NCBI GenBank assembly: GCA_950097015.1 | Contig: CATNEN010000012.1 | Coordinates: 806,001-870,000, forward strand | Origin: Macrostomum hystrix | Taxonomy: Eukaryota > Animalia > Platyhelminthes | Length of the DNA stretch: 64,000 bases | Direction of reading: 5' to 3' | Shown here: positions 1-12,000 of the stretch, piece by piece | Numbering within the stretch: the stretch's first letter is position 1 | How the letters are laid out: each line of letters opens with the position of its first letter | The notes under the pieces: model-generated | Databases searched by the model: none | The model's input: the letters and a program-made list of their open reading frames with translations, nothing else | What the model was told of the DNA's origin: nothing | Position numbers and translations under genes: made by a program

Positions 1-75
1 CTGGCAGCTTCCTCTCTACCCTAGGGTGAGTGGACTGGCAGCTCCCTCGGTAGCCACAATCCGGAACTAACTCAC

Positions 76-3025
76 CTTCCAGGTGGCCTCGTTGCGCCTG
101 AAGAAGGCGAAATTTCTCTGAAACCAGATGTATATCTCGTTGAGAGTCAGCTGGCGGTTCGTTGACTCAACAATTGCCTTGAAGATTTACAGGAAATGAC
201 AAAAGTTGGATTTGGAAACTGTATACTAAATTCGGGCGAAAGAGCCGGCTCACCTGTCTAATCAGAGAGGCATAAGTGAACGGCGGGCGTGTGTCGTTTG
301 TGTTGTAGAATTGCCGATTCTTCTGAAAATCTGAAACCGAAAACACAGGCGGGTGGTTTGGGTTGGACAGGGTGTTGCAACAGAAATTGATCTAGCAAAT
401 AGCATAACAGAAATATTACGTAGAAAATTGATGTGCAAAGCGTGACTAAGTGTGACTAATACTTAGAATGATAGGGATAGGGTCGATTCTACTGTCTACA
501 GTATGATGCAGTAAAAATGGCTACAGGATAGGGCCGATTCTACAGGATTGGGTAGGTAGGTACGATTCTAAATGATTGGGCCGATTCTACAGGATTGGGT
601 AGGTAGGTACGATTCTAAATGATTGGGCCGATTCTACAGGATTGGGTAGGTAGGTACGATTCTAAATGATTGGGCCGATTCTACAGGATTGGGTAGGTAG
701 GTACGATTCTAAATGATTGGGCCGATTCTACAGGATTGGGTAGGTAGGTACGATTCTAAATGATTGGGCCGATTCTACAGGATTGGGTAGGTAGGTACGA
801 TTCTAAATGATTGGGCCGATTCTACAGGATTGGGTAGGTAGGTACGATTCTAAATGATTGGGCCGATTCTACAGGATTGGGTAGGTAGGTACGATTCTAA
901 ATGATTGGGCCGATTCTACAGGATTGGGTAGGTAGGTACGATTCTAAATGATTGGGCCGATTCTACAGGATTGGGTAGGTAGGTACGATTCTAAATGATT
1001 GGGCCGATTCTACTGGATTGGGCCGATTCTATAGGATTGGGCCGATTCTACAGGATAGGGTCGATTCTACAGGATTGGGCCGATTCTACAGGATTGGGTA
1101 GATTCTTCAGGATTGGGCCGATTCTGCTGGATGGGGCCGATTCTACAGGATGGGGCCGATTCTACAGGATAGAGCCGATTCTAAAGGATGTGGCCGATTC
1201 TACAGGATTGGGTAGATTCTTCAGGATTGGGCCGATTCTGCTGGATGGGGCCGATTCTGCTGGATTGGGCCGATTCTACAGGATAGGGCCGATTCTACAG
1301 GATTTGTCCGATTCTGCTGGATGGGGCCGATTCTACAAGATGGGGCCGATTCTACAGGATGGGGCCGATTCTACAGGATGGGGCCGATTCTGCTGGATGG
1401 GGCCGATTCTACAGGATTGGGTAGATTTGTTTCAGGCGATGATTTGAAGCTGAACACACCTCCGCCTAGAGGCACGGGGCCCTTATCGGGCAGACGACCG
1501 CGCCTTGAAGACCCGCTGATGCCGCTGCCACCGCTGGTTGCCAAGGACAGCTGAGGCGGTGGAGTCTGGGAGTCTGGAGTCTGCTGAGAAACGGTACCGT
1601 TCGGCACCGACTGCTGCTGCTGCTGCTGCTGCGTCACAACTGCAGATAAGCGAGATATTGCCGCATAGTGCTTCTGCTGCTGCTGCTGTTGCTGCTGAAA
1701 CTCGGCCTCCTGCAGCTCGGCAAGGCAGTTTCGCACATGTCGCGCCATCTCAACCAGTCGGAGCCGTTCAGCGGCCAGGCCGACTTCGAATGCGCGCACG
1801 CAGGCGGCCTGCGCGCGCAGCTGGCCCACACGGTCAAAGTCTAGAGGATGATCCAGTGAGGCGTGGGCGGACAGGTCGGCGGCCGACTGGCAGCGCTGCG
1901 GACATCCGGGCCACAGGCACTGGCCGGCAACCGGGGGCTGTTAGGTGGAAGGAGTTGGGCGACTGATGCAATGGGACGATGATTACAGTATGATGCTGGA
2001 TTCATATGTATGGCTGAGTAAGGATGGCAGCAGGGTGAGTAGGGATGGCTGCAGGGTGAGTAGGGATGGCTGCAGGGTGAGTAGAGATGGCTGCAGGGTG
2101 AGTAAGGATGGCTGCATGGGTGAGTAGGGATGGTTGGCGGCTGCATGGGTCAGTAGAATTGGATTAATTGGTAATTGCTACAAATATAGAAACATCAGTT
2201 GAGTAGCAGGTGAGTAGCAGGTGAGTAGCAGGTGAGTATCAGGTGAGTATCAGGTGAGTAGCAGGTGAGTATCGAGTATCAGGTGAGTATCAGGTGAGTA
2301 TCAGGTGAGTATCAGGTGAGTATCAGGTGAGTATCAGGTGAGTAGCAGGTGAGTAGCGGAGTCTAACCTGCTGAGCCTCGGAGGTGAAGAGAGCTGCGGC
2401 CTCCAGAAGTGCTCGACCGGCTGCATCTGCCAGGCCTGCGGTTGAAGATGCCGCTGGCGGCGGTAGCGGAGGTGCGGGCGGCGGAGGCGGAGGCTGTAGC
2501 TGCAACAGCTGCTGCTGTTGTTGAACCCCTCGCGCCTTCCACATGGCGTCGGCAGCCGCCGCGGCAGCTGTGGCATTGGCTACGGAGCCATCAGATGGCA
2601 GTGAGACAAAACAGCGGCCGCTATTAGACCAAGCGTGACTGCTCAATAGCAGGTCTGATGATATCTCTGAATGGGGGATTTGTTGATTTTGAAGCTGCTG
2701 CTGCTGCTGCTGCTGCTGCTGCGGCTGCTGCTGTTGCCAAAGCTGAATCAGCTGCCGCTGCAGTTCTTGCTGTCCGAGTCGCTGAAAGGAGCGGTCAATT
2801 TGATTTCAGATTTTCCATAATCCAGCAGCGTAAGGATTGAGGAGTGTGATATCCCAGATTCACAGTAGTAAATATTGAACTAAATCACTAAAGCACTGAA
2901 AGAAGCCTCACAATGCTGTCCGTATTGTTGCCAGCGACGTCGCCAGGCGGTGAACTGTCGGCACTAGAATCGGCGGATAGAGCCCTAGGCTTGCTGTGGC
3001 TCAGATCCATCATAACCGATCGCAT
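76..3025 (-). CDS. FoxP: Forkhead box P transcription factor (3'-partial; continues past left edge)
   Basis: Phase-consistent GT-AG exons on minus: 3025(or 3013)-2912, 2781-2368 (polyQ/polyA/polyP), 1937-1460, 330-254, 177-76. They encode a C2H2 finger CLWPGC-x12-H-x4-H, the FoxP zipper ([28 protein letters not shown]) and forkhead [12 protein letters not shown]|[34 protein letters not shown]. Start codon choice is uncertain. Confidence 0.93.
470..1430. repeat. Two-part intronic minisatellite (47-bp unit x~10, then 19-bp unit)
   Basis: Unit TACAGGATTGGGTAGGTAGGTACGATTCTAAATGATTGGGCCGATTC followed by CCGATTCTACAGGATTGGG variants; lies in FoxP intron 331-1459. Confidence 0.95.
2018..2150. repeat. 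21-bp minisatellite (~5 copies)
   Basis: GGATGGCTGCAGGGTGAGTAG units in FoxP intron 1938-2367. Confidence 0.9.
2201..2356. repeat. 11-bp tandem repeat with 13 copies of CAGGTGAGTA
   Basis: Counted directly; ends about 12 bp from the FoxP exon boundary at 2368. Confidence 0.95.
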
Positions 3026-5468
3026 TGAATATTTGTTATTTAGTAAGAAAGTACAAAATAATACAATTCACTTCCGTCCAGCTCACAACAGTATGTCTGT
3101 ATAATTAACGGATAGGATAGAAGAAAGGCTTTACGGTTACGGTGCAGTTAAAAAAGGAATATAAAATAATTAATTCTCAAATAACAGCAATGTTAATTTT
3201 ATGGTAAACAAGACCAGATATGAATATTGTAAACTGTTTTTCTGTTATTTGCGGGGTTAGGGAATGCTAGATAGCTTTTATTAGTTGTGTGGCTTGGCGT
3301 TCTATTTTTACTTTCTGATGCCCCTCAATGTGCCTTTTTCTCAGCTTATCTATATGGCCAGTTTGTGGGTGTGTAAGTGGGGTGGGGTTAATAGAGAAAC
3401 AGCATTGGAACAGAACAACACAAACAGCTCCGACCAATGTGGGTGCTGCGTAGGTTGGGGTGGGTGGGACTTCAGTCCACGCGCACGCTATGGGGTTGGG
3501 GTGGGTGTCGGTGGGAAGGGTATTTTTTCGGTCCGGGGTAAATTACTAGGGCAAGAGAGAATCTTAAAAAATTGCCGGCAAGCGTATTCAGTTTGGTTTC
3601 AAGGCGAAGCCCTAGTTCTACATACAGGCAGAGACTGACAGGCGGACTGGCGGGTCAAGATCCCAGACCGAAGGCTTTGGCAATCCGACCTCGACCTCGC
3701 CTCGCCTAGCAACTAACTATGCTCTTCTTGTCAGTCTTCTGCTTTCAGTAATTTCCTAATTTTAAGCCAAAAAATGTACAGCACATTTACAGGAAACGTA
3801 CAGGCAAATGCTTAGCACAGCCAAGCAGTTATTTTGTTTTTTGTTTACGAAGATTTTGCTTTCCGTCCTAGTTTTTTTTATAAGAGATCGCTGGCTATGT
3901 GAATAAGAGGCAGCGGTAGGTTAAAAACTGTCTCTTTCTCTCTCTGCGGCCCTTGACCGCTTTGAGTGTAAATAACTAACGCAGCAGGGTAAATAATTGT
4001 GGCTTGTGAGCCATGTGTGCGCATGTGTGTATGACTGTGTGAATTGGCTGTCTGAACTATGAAGTATAAAGTGCATCTTGCGATTCGCATTTCTGCCTGG
4101 TCAACACAACACAACAGTCATTCGCCATTCGCTCTGTCAGTCTGCGCCTGTGCTATTTATTATTATTATTATTATTATCATCCAGTGTGATTTTTTACAA
4201 GAAGTTGTTTTCATTAATTTGTTGACCATAAAGGTTCACTCTTAGACTGACATTCCTTGACAATTAATATATATTTTTTGATTTCTTATTATTAATAGGA
4301 TTGTTATCTGTTTTATTGACAATATACGGTTTGCACTTATCGATCCTATTAATCCGCTTGTTTGTTTGGTTTGGGTAGCTTTTATTTACTATACTAAATG
4401 GTCTTAGTTCTAGTAGGTAGTAGTAGGAGTCTTCTTTTGGCCTGCCACAGCTCTGCTCCTAATCCCAAACTGTGTGCTCGTATAGTGCAGCACAAATCTC
4501 TTCTCTCTTCCTCTGCTGTCGCAGCGTTATCCCACAAAATAGGATTATTATAGTGTAAATCCTAGCACCATAAGACCAGCGCAAAAAAAACAGATCCAGT
4601 TTTCTATCCCCGCCTGCTGCATCGGGCCCTGCTGCTCCAGTGCCGGCTCCAAGTACCAAAGTACCAACCAAAAAATTGTAATTAGGTTGAATTAAACTAC
4701 CTACAATCAGTTACTTACGAATATATAGAGCTAGTTCAGAAAAGTAGCATATTGTGAGTTTGTCACACAAATTTAGGTGAACATTTTTTAATTCGCCAAT
4801 CTGAAAGCTCAGCTCAAAGCTTATACGTCCTTAAAGAAACGGACTGCACCCCTTGTTTGGCTGGGCATGGGCAGTTCGAAAAAGCTTGCGTAGAAACCGC
4901 AGTAGAAGTGGAAATCGCATATGAAGTTCTTGGAATTATACCACAAAAAATTATCTGGAGCCCCCATGGTCTTAGACAGTCTAACTCTAAGTCTTAGCCC
5001 CCATAACCTGATGAAGTTACGAAAGTCTCACGAATCTCTGTAAATCCCCCCAAGGATTGTGGCATAATCGAAACCACAGACAAATTAAAATCCTAGAAAG
5101 TTACGAGAATCTCTCAAAGTAATCCCAGAAGTTGCAGAAAATTCCGCGTTGATGCGGGAAACTGCCCTGAATACGTAATTTAATCGGTATGACGGTATTG
5201 TAATGGCAGCGCAAGTCGTATTGAGCTAGCTATGTAGCTCGCTTCCCTGCAGTCATTTTTATTTAAACAAACTGATTCAGCTTGCACGCTGGCTCCTACC
5301 TACTATGGCTATTGAAATGCTTTAACAGACTTATCGATATAAAGATGTTCAGAATTTCTGATCGGCTATACTATACTAATCACAGCCCATACGCTCACAA
5401 GATGCACATGTGTATATTTACAAAATTATTGAATTTGTACATGCAGATTACATTGAAAGCAAAAATTT

Positions 5469-6098
5469 GAAGCCCTTAGATTCCATGCCAATCCTGTCGC
5501 ATTTTCTCACCAAGTATTTGAAAAAACCAAAATACCCAGCTACGCGCGTCATGATTTAGACCACGCGAATTCATAAATAGCTTGCCAAGTACGAGTATGT
5601 TTAAAATTAATCGTAGATTTGTTCAATAGTTTCGAAAATATTTAATCTACTTGATATTCCCTACGTTGATTAAAACTTCTGTTACTTACGATTAGAAATG
5701 ACCGATTTATTAAGCATATAGTTGTATATTTTTACCATTTTCATACAACGAAAGAATTGGATACAAAGAATCCCTATATATTTCTGTGTTATAAACGGAT
5801 ACTTTCCTAGAACTCGTACCCGTGGAAAAGTAACTTTTCAAAGTGAGCAATAGATCTATCGTATATATAGCCACAATTTCCACAAATATCGTGTGCTCAT
5901 ACCTAAACAGAATATTCCAACATCAAAAAAAATTCTTCCGATTTTGTGACTAATTGAATAACAATATGAGTGACAAGCAGACGATTCTCATTGGAGTTGC
6001 TGGTGGAAGTTCATCAGGAAAGGTAAAGCGTATAATAGGAAATATGTTCAGTTTTGAAGCCCTTAAATGGAAGCCCTTAGATTCCATGCCAATCCTGT
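5469..6098 (+). repeat. Exact 29-bp direct repeat pair flanking UCK coding exon 1
   Basis: GAAGCCCTTAGATTCCATGCCAATCCTGT at 5469-5497 and 6070-6098; an extra partial copy TTTGAAGCCCTTA at 6053-6065. Confidence 0.9.
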
Positions 6099-9000
6099 GA
6101 GGAAAGGATGATTGGGCTCAGCCCAATCAGCCCAATTATTAACAAATATACAAATATTATTTGTTGATGATTATGTAATGCAATGTCAACTTGTGTTTCA
6201 TTGTGTATAAAATAGGTTAGTTATATTCAGTTTAATAAGTAATGGCTATGATAAGAAAGCTAATTTTAATTATTAAGCAATAGGGCATAATTTCAGTCTC
6301 CCACTCTAAATTATTTTAAAATTTAAACACATATTTAATTACCAATCAAAGGCACCCTAACAACCCAGAGGCCCCTGAGCCTAAGGAGTGAGAAGCAAGT
6401 CAAGTCACAGCAATTAGGCCTAGGTCAAATTAAAGTCACCAAGGATAATAATCTGCCATCCATTACAGGATGTTGCCAAATAGATGCTTGATGAAGACTT
6501 GGCATCACATGAATTCCTAGAGCTGCAGCTAAAATAGATGTTGCTCGTTTCATACATACATGCCACAAAATTTGGACTTGCAGAGGGTCCATATACCTTT
6601 GATTGTATTTGTGTTGTCTTCTGGGTTTTTAGGGTCCAATTGATAGGAAATTTAGTATGTGTTACAATCCATTGGGATAATTTAGAGTAGGAAACTGAAA
6701 CCTATGCCAGAAATTGATTTTTATACACTCCATAAAGAAGTATGAAGCTCTATTATAGCCAAGGGTTGAAACCTACTTTCACCAAGTGTGCTGTCCCTAC
6801 CTTACTACGTACACCAACCTCTATAAAAAATCCTGTCTTAGTGACTTTAAATGTGATTTATCAAAATGGCTCATAAGTTACTGTGTTGCATGTATCTCCT
6901 TTGCCCCTGGCCCTTTAGCCACTCTTGTTTCTAGAAAATCCTTTGACTTTAAGTTCAGGCCTATTAGTATTTGTTCACTCTCAATACTCACTAGTGACTT
7001 GCCATAGTCTGGATCATGCTGGGTGCATACCCGAATGAAGAAATGAAAATTTTCATTTGTTTGTTGACTAAGGGTCAGACAAGATCTTGATCTTGTGATT
7101 GATATTCGAGATTTTGACCATTTTCTTGATCGAAATCTTAATCAAATCTCGATTTGAAATAGTGCCAAGATTCAAGATAAAAAACATAGATTTTTACATT
7201 CAATTTTATATAAGGCACTTGTAAAATAGCAACATTTGGAGAAAATGAATGGTTATAAATTTATAAAATATGAATCACTTTTTCCTTCCCTTCTTTTCAG
7301 ATCATTAAATTTGCTTGCCAGTCAAACAAAGACAAACTAATAAAACTACACAGTATTTAAAAGGGAAATAGTTAAAAAATGAATACATTTTTGACCTTCG
7401 TTAATTTTTTTCTTTGGTCTATGAAACTTTGTTTATGTATGCAAAATCAACATCGTCTAAAATCTCGAAAATCTCAATTGAAACTTGTATCATATCGCAA
7501 AAAATATTGAATCTAAAAAATCTTGAAAATTCAATATCAGTCGGACCCCTAATGCCGATGTACACCAAAAAGTGCTTTTGCACACCGATGTATGCTAAGA
7601 ATTTTTACTATAAATTTCTAGATAGTGGCTATTTGTACATATGATAGTCCATCCCAATGGTCAATGTACATTGCATGGCATTTAAACAAAAGTTAACTGT
7701 AGTATATTGTGTAAAAGTTGGGTTCTAAATAAGATTTTAAGCTTTTTGAGATAATTAGGCTCTTAGAAGCTCGCGAAGGAAATATATATTTTATTAAAAA
7801 AATGCTGAACTTTGTTTGAATGTTTGTTTGGAGTTTGTTTGAAGCTACACAATTTTTGAAACTTTTCAATCACTTTTAGATGACAATAGGAAATTTAAGC
7901 TTTAGCGCTTAGAGAGGCTTAGTTAGACTTAGCCAACAAGTTTTTTATTTCAATTTTTTGTCTATTTATTTTTTGCCACTCTAACATTCACCCATGTGCT
8001 ACTATACGCGGACGTAGACATGACGAGAAAATAAATGCGAAGCACCTTTTTGCACAGGGAGTATGCCAATTAGAAGCTTGTGCACGCCAATATATACCAA
8101 TGGCACAAATGTACGCCCGAAATTTCTGGCGTAAACTACATGATCCAAACTATGGGTGACTTGCCCTTAGCCTCTCTGAGCACTTCTGGATTGAGGCTCA
8201 AGAAAATAGAAAGTGGTAGAGTGGACTGGAGGCTATGCCCCCACTCTGCACACCATTGCCATGCTATTGCCTTGCCACCCAGCATTTTATGGCAAGATGC
8301 ACATTTCATGTACCATGCCACCTCTAGGCTGATTGAGATTAGATATACTGTCTAGAATAAAGGAGTTGGCCACAAAAGGGCTTTGTAGAGTGATTTATGA
8401 GGACTATTCATTTAAGACTTTAAGTTTTAATCCTAATTTTGAAGGTGAGATAGAATGTTTTTAACTGAGCTTTTTTGTAGCCTAAGATCCAAATCAGACC
8501 TGACTATTTCCTAATCCTAATCATGAAGTAGTATGCTTCTCTTATGCTATAAGTTTTGCTAACTATTCACATACTACAAATAATAATCTTGAAGTTAAAT
8601 GCAATTTAAAAAATACAATCATGACAATGACAAGATATTTTAAATTGCTTATCTCTAGACCTAATATACTATCACAAGTAAAATGTTATCATTCCTTTTT
8701 ATTTTAGTCATGTATTATTTATGTTTTTGAGTCCTAGTTTGTAGTTTTAGACAAAAAATCTTGCTACTTAAGACTCTTACACAAATAAAAGCATTCTAAT
8801 GTATAAGTGGCTAAGTACTCTATAAGGTTCAAGACTGTAGGAAAGCTTACATTTAAATAATTGAGTAAACTATATTAGCTATATATTGGTACATAGGTCT
8901 GATATTGGCAGCAGTATCCTAAACTAAGTAAATAGTTAAAATCTAATGATTCTAACAAAATGTAGTTGTTTAATAACTAAGGAATTTATTCATCATTTCA

Positions 9001-12000
9001 ATAAGTAAGTGCTTATTCCCACAGTCCCGTACCAATAATCTCAATGTTATCCACATGGATCCATGCAGAAAATTTTCTGCTTATCCACACGGCAGCTTGT
9101 ATGAATAGGTCTACAACTCTTTATATATGCCAGTGCTGTTAATTTCAATTATATCCATAGGGATCCATGCCGATAATTCTCTGCTTATCCACACAGCAGA
9201 GAAGAATAAGTAGGGACTTGAAAGTAGAGAAAAATCATAGCTATCTATCTAATGAAGAAAATTGTCCAGCAAAAGCATTGGGACACTGTTTTAACTCTCA
9301 AGAATTTAATGCCTAAGTCCGAAGGACACACAATTGTAAAGATTCGCAGAGGAAAGCACGGAACTAGTTAACATGCTTTCATCAAGTTTCTGAAACCCTA
9401 TTTTTGTACTGTAACAAGTCAGTAGTATCATTTGTGCATGTGTATCATATCATATTTCAAGCGTGTGTGCAATACAAATATCAGTGCGATTTCTCATGTG
9501 ATTGTTAGTAACATTATATATTATACAAAATTAACAATTATTCGAAATTTAACATGTGCATTGCTTGTAATTAAAAGAGGCCCTACTACAGGTACTGCAG
9601 GTTCTGGATAACATTTATGGCCAGTTGTATATAGTAGCATGAAAATTGCTACATAGTTCCTGTAAAATGTGCTTCAAGTTCTTTAAGTTATTGGCAAAAC
9701 AAGCTGCCATGTGGATAGGCAGAGAATTTTGGGCATGGATCCGTGTGGAAAAAATATAAATTAATGGCACGGCATGTATAAAGAGTTGTAGACCTATTCA
9801 TACAAGCTGCCGTGTGGATACACAGATAATTATCGGCATGGATCCATGTGGATAAAATTGAAATTATCAGCACAGGACAGTGGGAATAAGCTCTGCCTTT
9901 CAATAAATCTGTGTATTAACTTTAGTAAATAAATTAATTGTTCCCCTATTTTAACTAAGATACATGTCCTGTGCATGTTAGTAATATAATATGTCAGACA
10001 AATGACCCAACCAAAAATTCATTAGTTTGAGGGAAACAATATGTAGTTGACAAAACATATATACTGCTATAGTGCTTTAAGTTCACCTAACTGTAAATTA
10101 GGTGCCAAAAACTACCTAGGATAGAACTAAGTTTTAGGTTAGTGTGGTCACCTTCACAATCCTTGGACTGAACTTAATTTGCTAAATAAATGTAATATCC
10201 AGTAGCTAACTATGCTATTTGATATATATAGAGCCTATCTGGTCAAGGATTTTTCTGTTTATCTATTGGATACAAAACCTAATTCTTAATACATAATCAT
10301 CTGCCTTGCCCTTTTGAACGATTGTAAACAATACAAAGGAAAATGTTACAATAGTACAATAGTAATACAATAGTAGTAATAGTAGTAATACAATAGTAAG
10401 TTTTTTTATCCTTAAATGATATTCTTTTCTATTAAATTGTTGCATTTAATGACTAGGCCCAATGGGGTACAAGCTATGAACAATCATAGCTAACTATAGG
10501 GAATTTTTTATCAATACAACCTTAATATACAATGTTGATTCACAATATTAGCAGTAGATTCATTATTTTTATAATAGTAAGTTGGTTTCATATATAATTA
10601 TTTTTGTCTTTTAAAGCATTTATTAACTATGAGTATTATATATTTACATAGGCAAAATTAAAATATTTTATTGATTATCATTATCTTAAAACAGTCAAAG
10701 CTCAAGAATTATGAAAAAACAATAATTCATTGTTAATTATTTCTTATATGGTTAGATTATAGTGAACTATTTATACCATTTCCAATAAAGTCTTATTTCA
10801 ACAAAATGCTGAGAACTTACCTACATTTGCTTCAAAATGGCTAGTGTCTATTTTACATTGTTTAATGACAGATATTCTATTGCAAATTAAAAGTGTAAAA
10901 TTACATATGCCTGCTTGCTTTAATGAGTGTATGTAGGACAGTGTAGCCAGTTAAGTTGCATTGCAATCAGGCTCGTCCTATTCAGTTAAATGGAGAATCA
11001 GTCATCTTTCTTTGCCCTTTTATTTAGAATTGATAATGTTATGAGGTAACAGCTTCCCACTGTGAGTATAATGCTTACAACGATGGCTGGTGCTACGATG
11101 CAAGCAAGTAACAGAAAGGGAATGTTAGTATCCTCTAATTTATCAGGTTGCATGCTCGGTTCTAGAAATCTACTTTTTTCGTTTGCAGCTCAATTTCTGA
11201 TGTGACTTATACACTGTGGCTTATACACTGACAGTGAGACTGACTTGCACCACCTCCTCCCTTTCGTTTAGATGCGAAATGCCATAGACTTTTATTGATG
11301 CCAACCCTACTTGAAACTCAATTCTATATTTAGCTTGAGATTAAGACTTATTATGATGTATATTTAACATGCCATAGAGTCTAGACTACAAAAGCAGTCC
11401 TAAAGCAGACTGTTAGTAGGAACAGTCTTATATGTGATGTTACTTGCTTTGAGAATATACAAGCATGCATCATCTGCATGTATGCATGCTTTTATATTCC
11501 TAGGCAAGGACAACTTAATAACTCAGGACCGGAAACGAGCCAATTCATGGCGAAAAAAGTATGAGGCTCGTTTAAAAGCATTGTTCTATGGCCCATCCGT
11601 ATGCGCATGCTTTCAGTTGCGAATGTATACTCGTATCATATTTGACTTTTTAATAGGCAGTCAGAAGGCGGGTGCAGGGTCGGTTTTCTTAAATGTTGAA
11701 TAGTTTTATTACATAAAAAACGTCGTGAAAATACACAATGGGAAAGCTGTACATGCAGCACATGTATAAGGAAACTCGAGAAAAATTTACGATTCTTTCT
11801 TCATCTGAACTGCAAACAGAGAGGAAAATAACAGTCACATAACGGGACAAGAGCTGACTATGATTAATAGTAAAGTGTTTGCTCCAGGTTCGCTCACTGT
11901 CCACTCAGCTTCAGTATTTTTCTATCGTGCGCTTTATCAGGCGCATCATTAATTATCATTAATTGTTAATGAATTCATGTGGCCAGGCTAAATCTGATTA

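Noticed and set aside
7068-7562. Possible old TIR element (AGGGTCAGAC ... GTCGGACCCC)
   Set aside because: The terminal match is too short and degenerate to support without a repeat library.
9048-9860. Several TTATCCACA (DnaA-box) motifs
   Set aside because: They are subrepeats of the inverted arms in an animal intron; no bacterial origin context.
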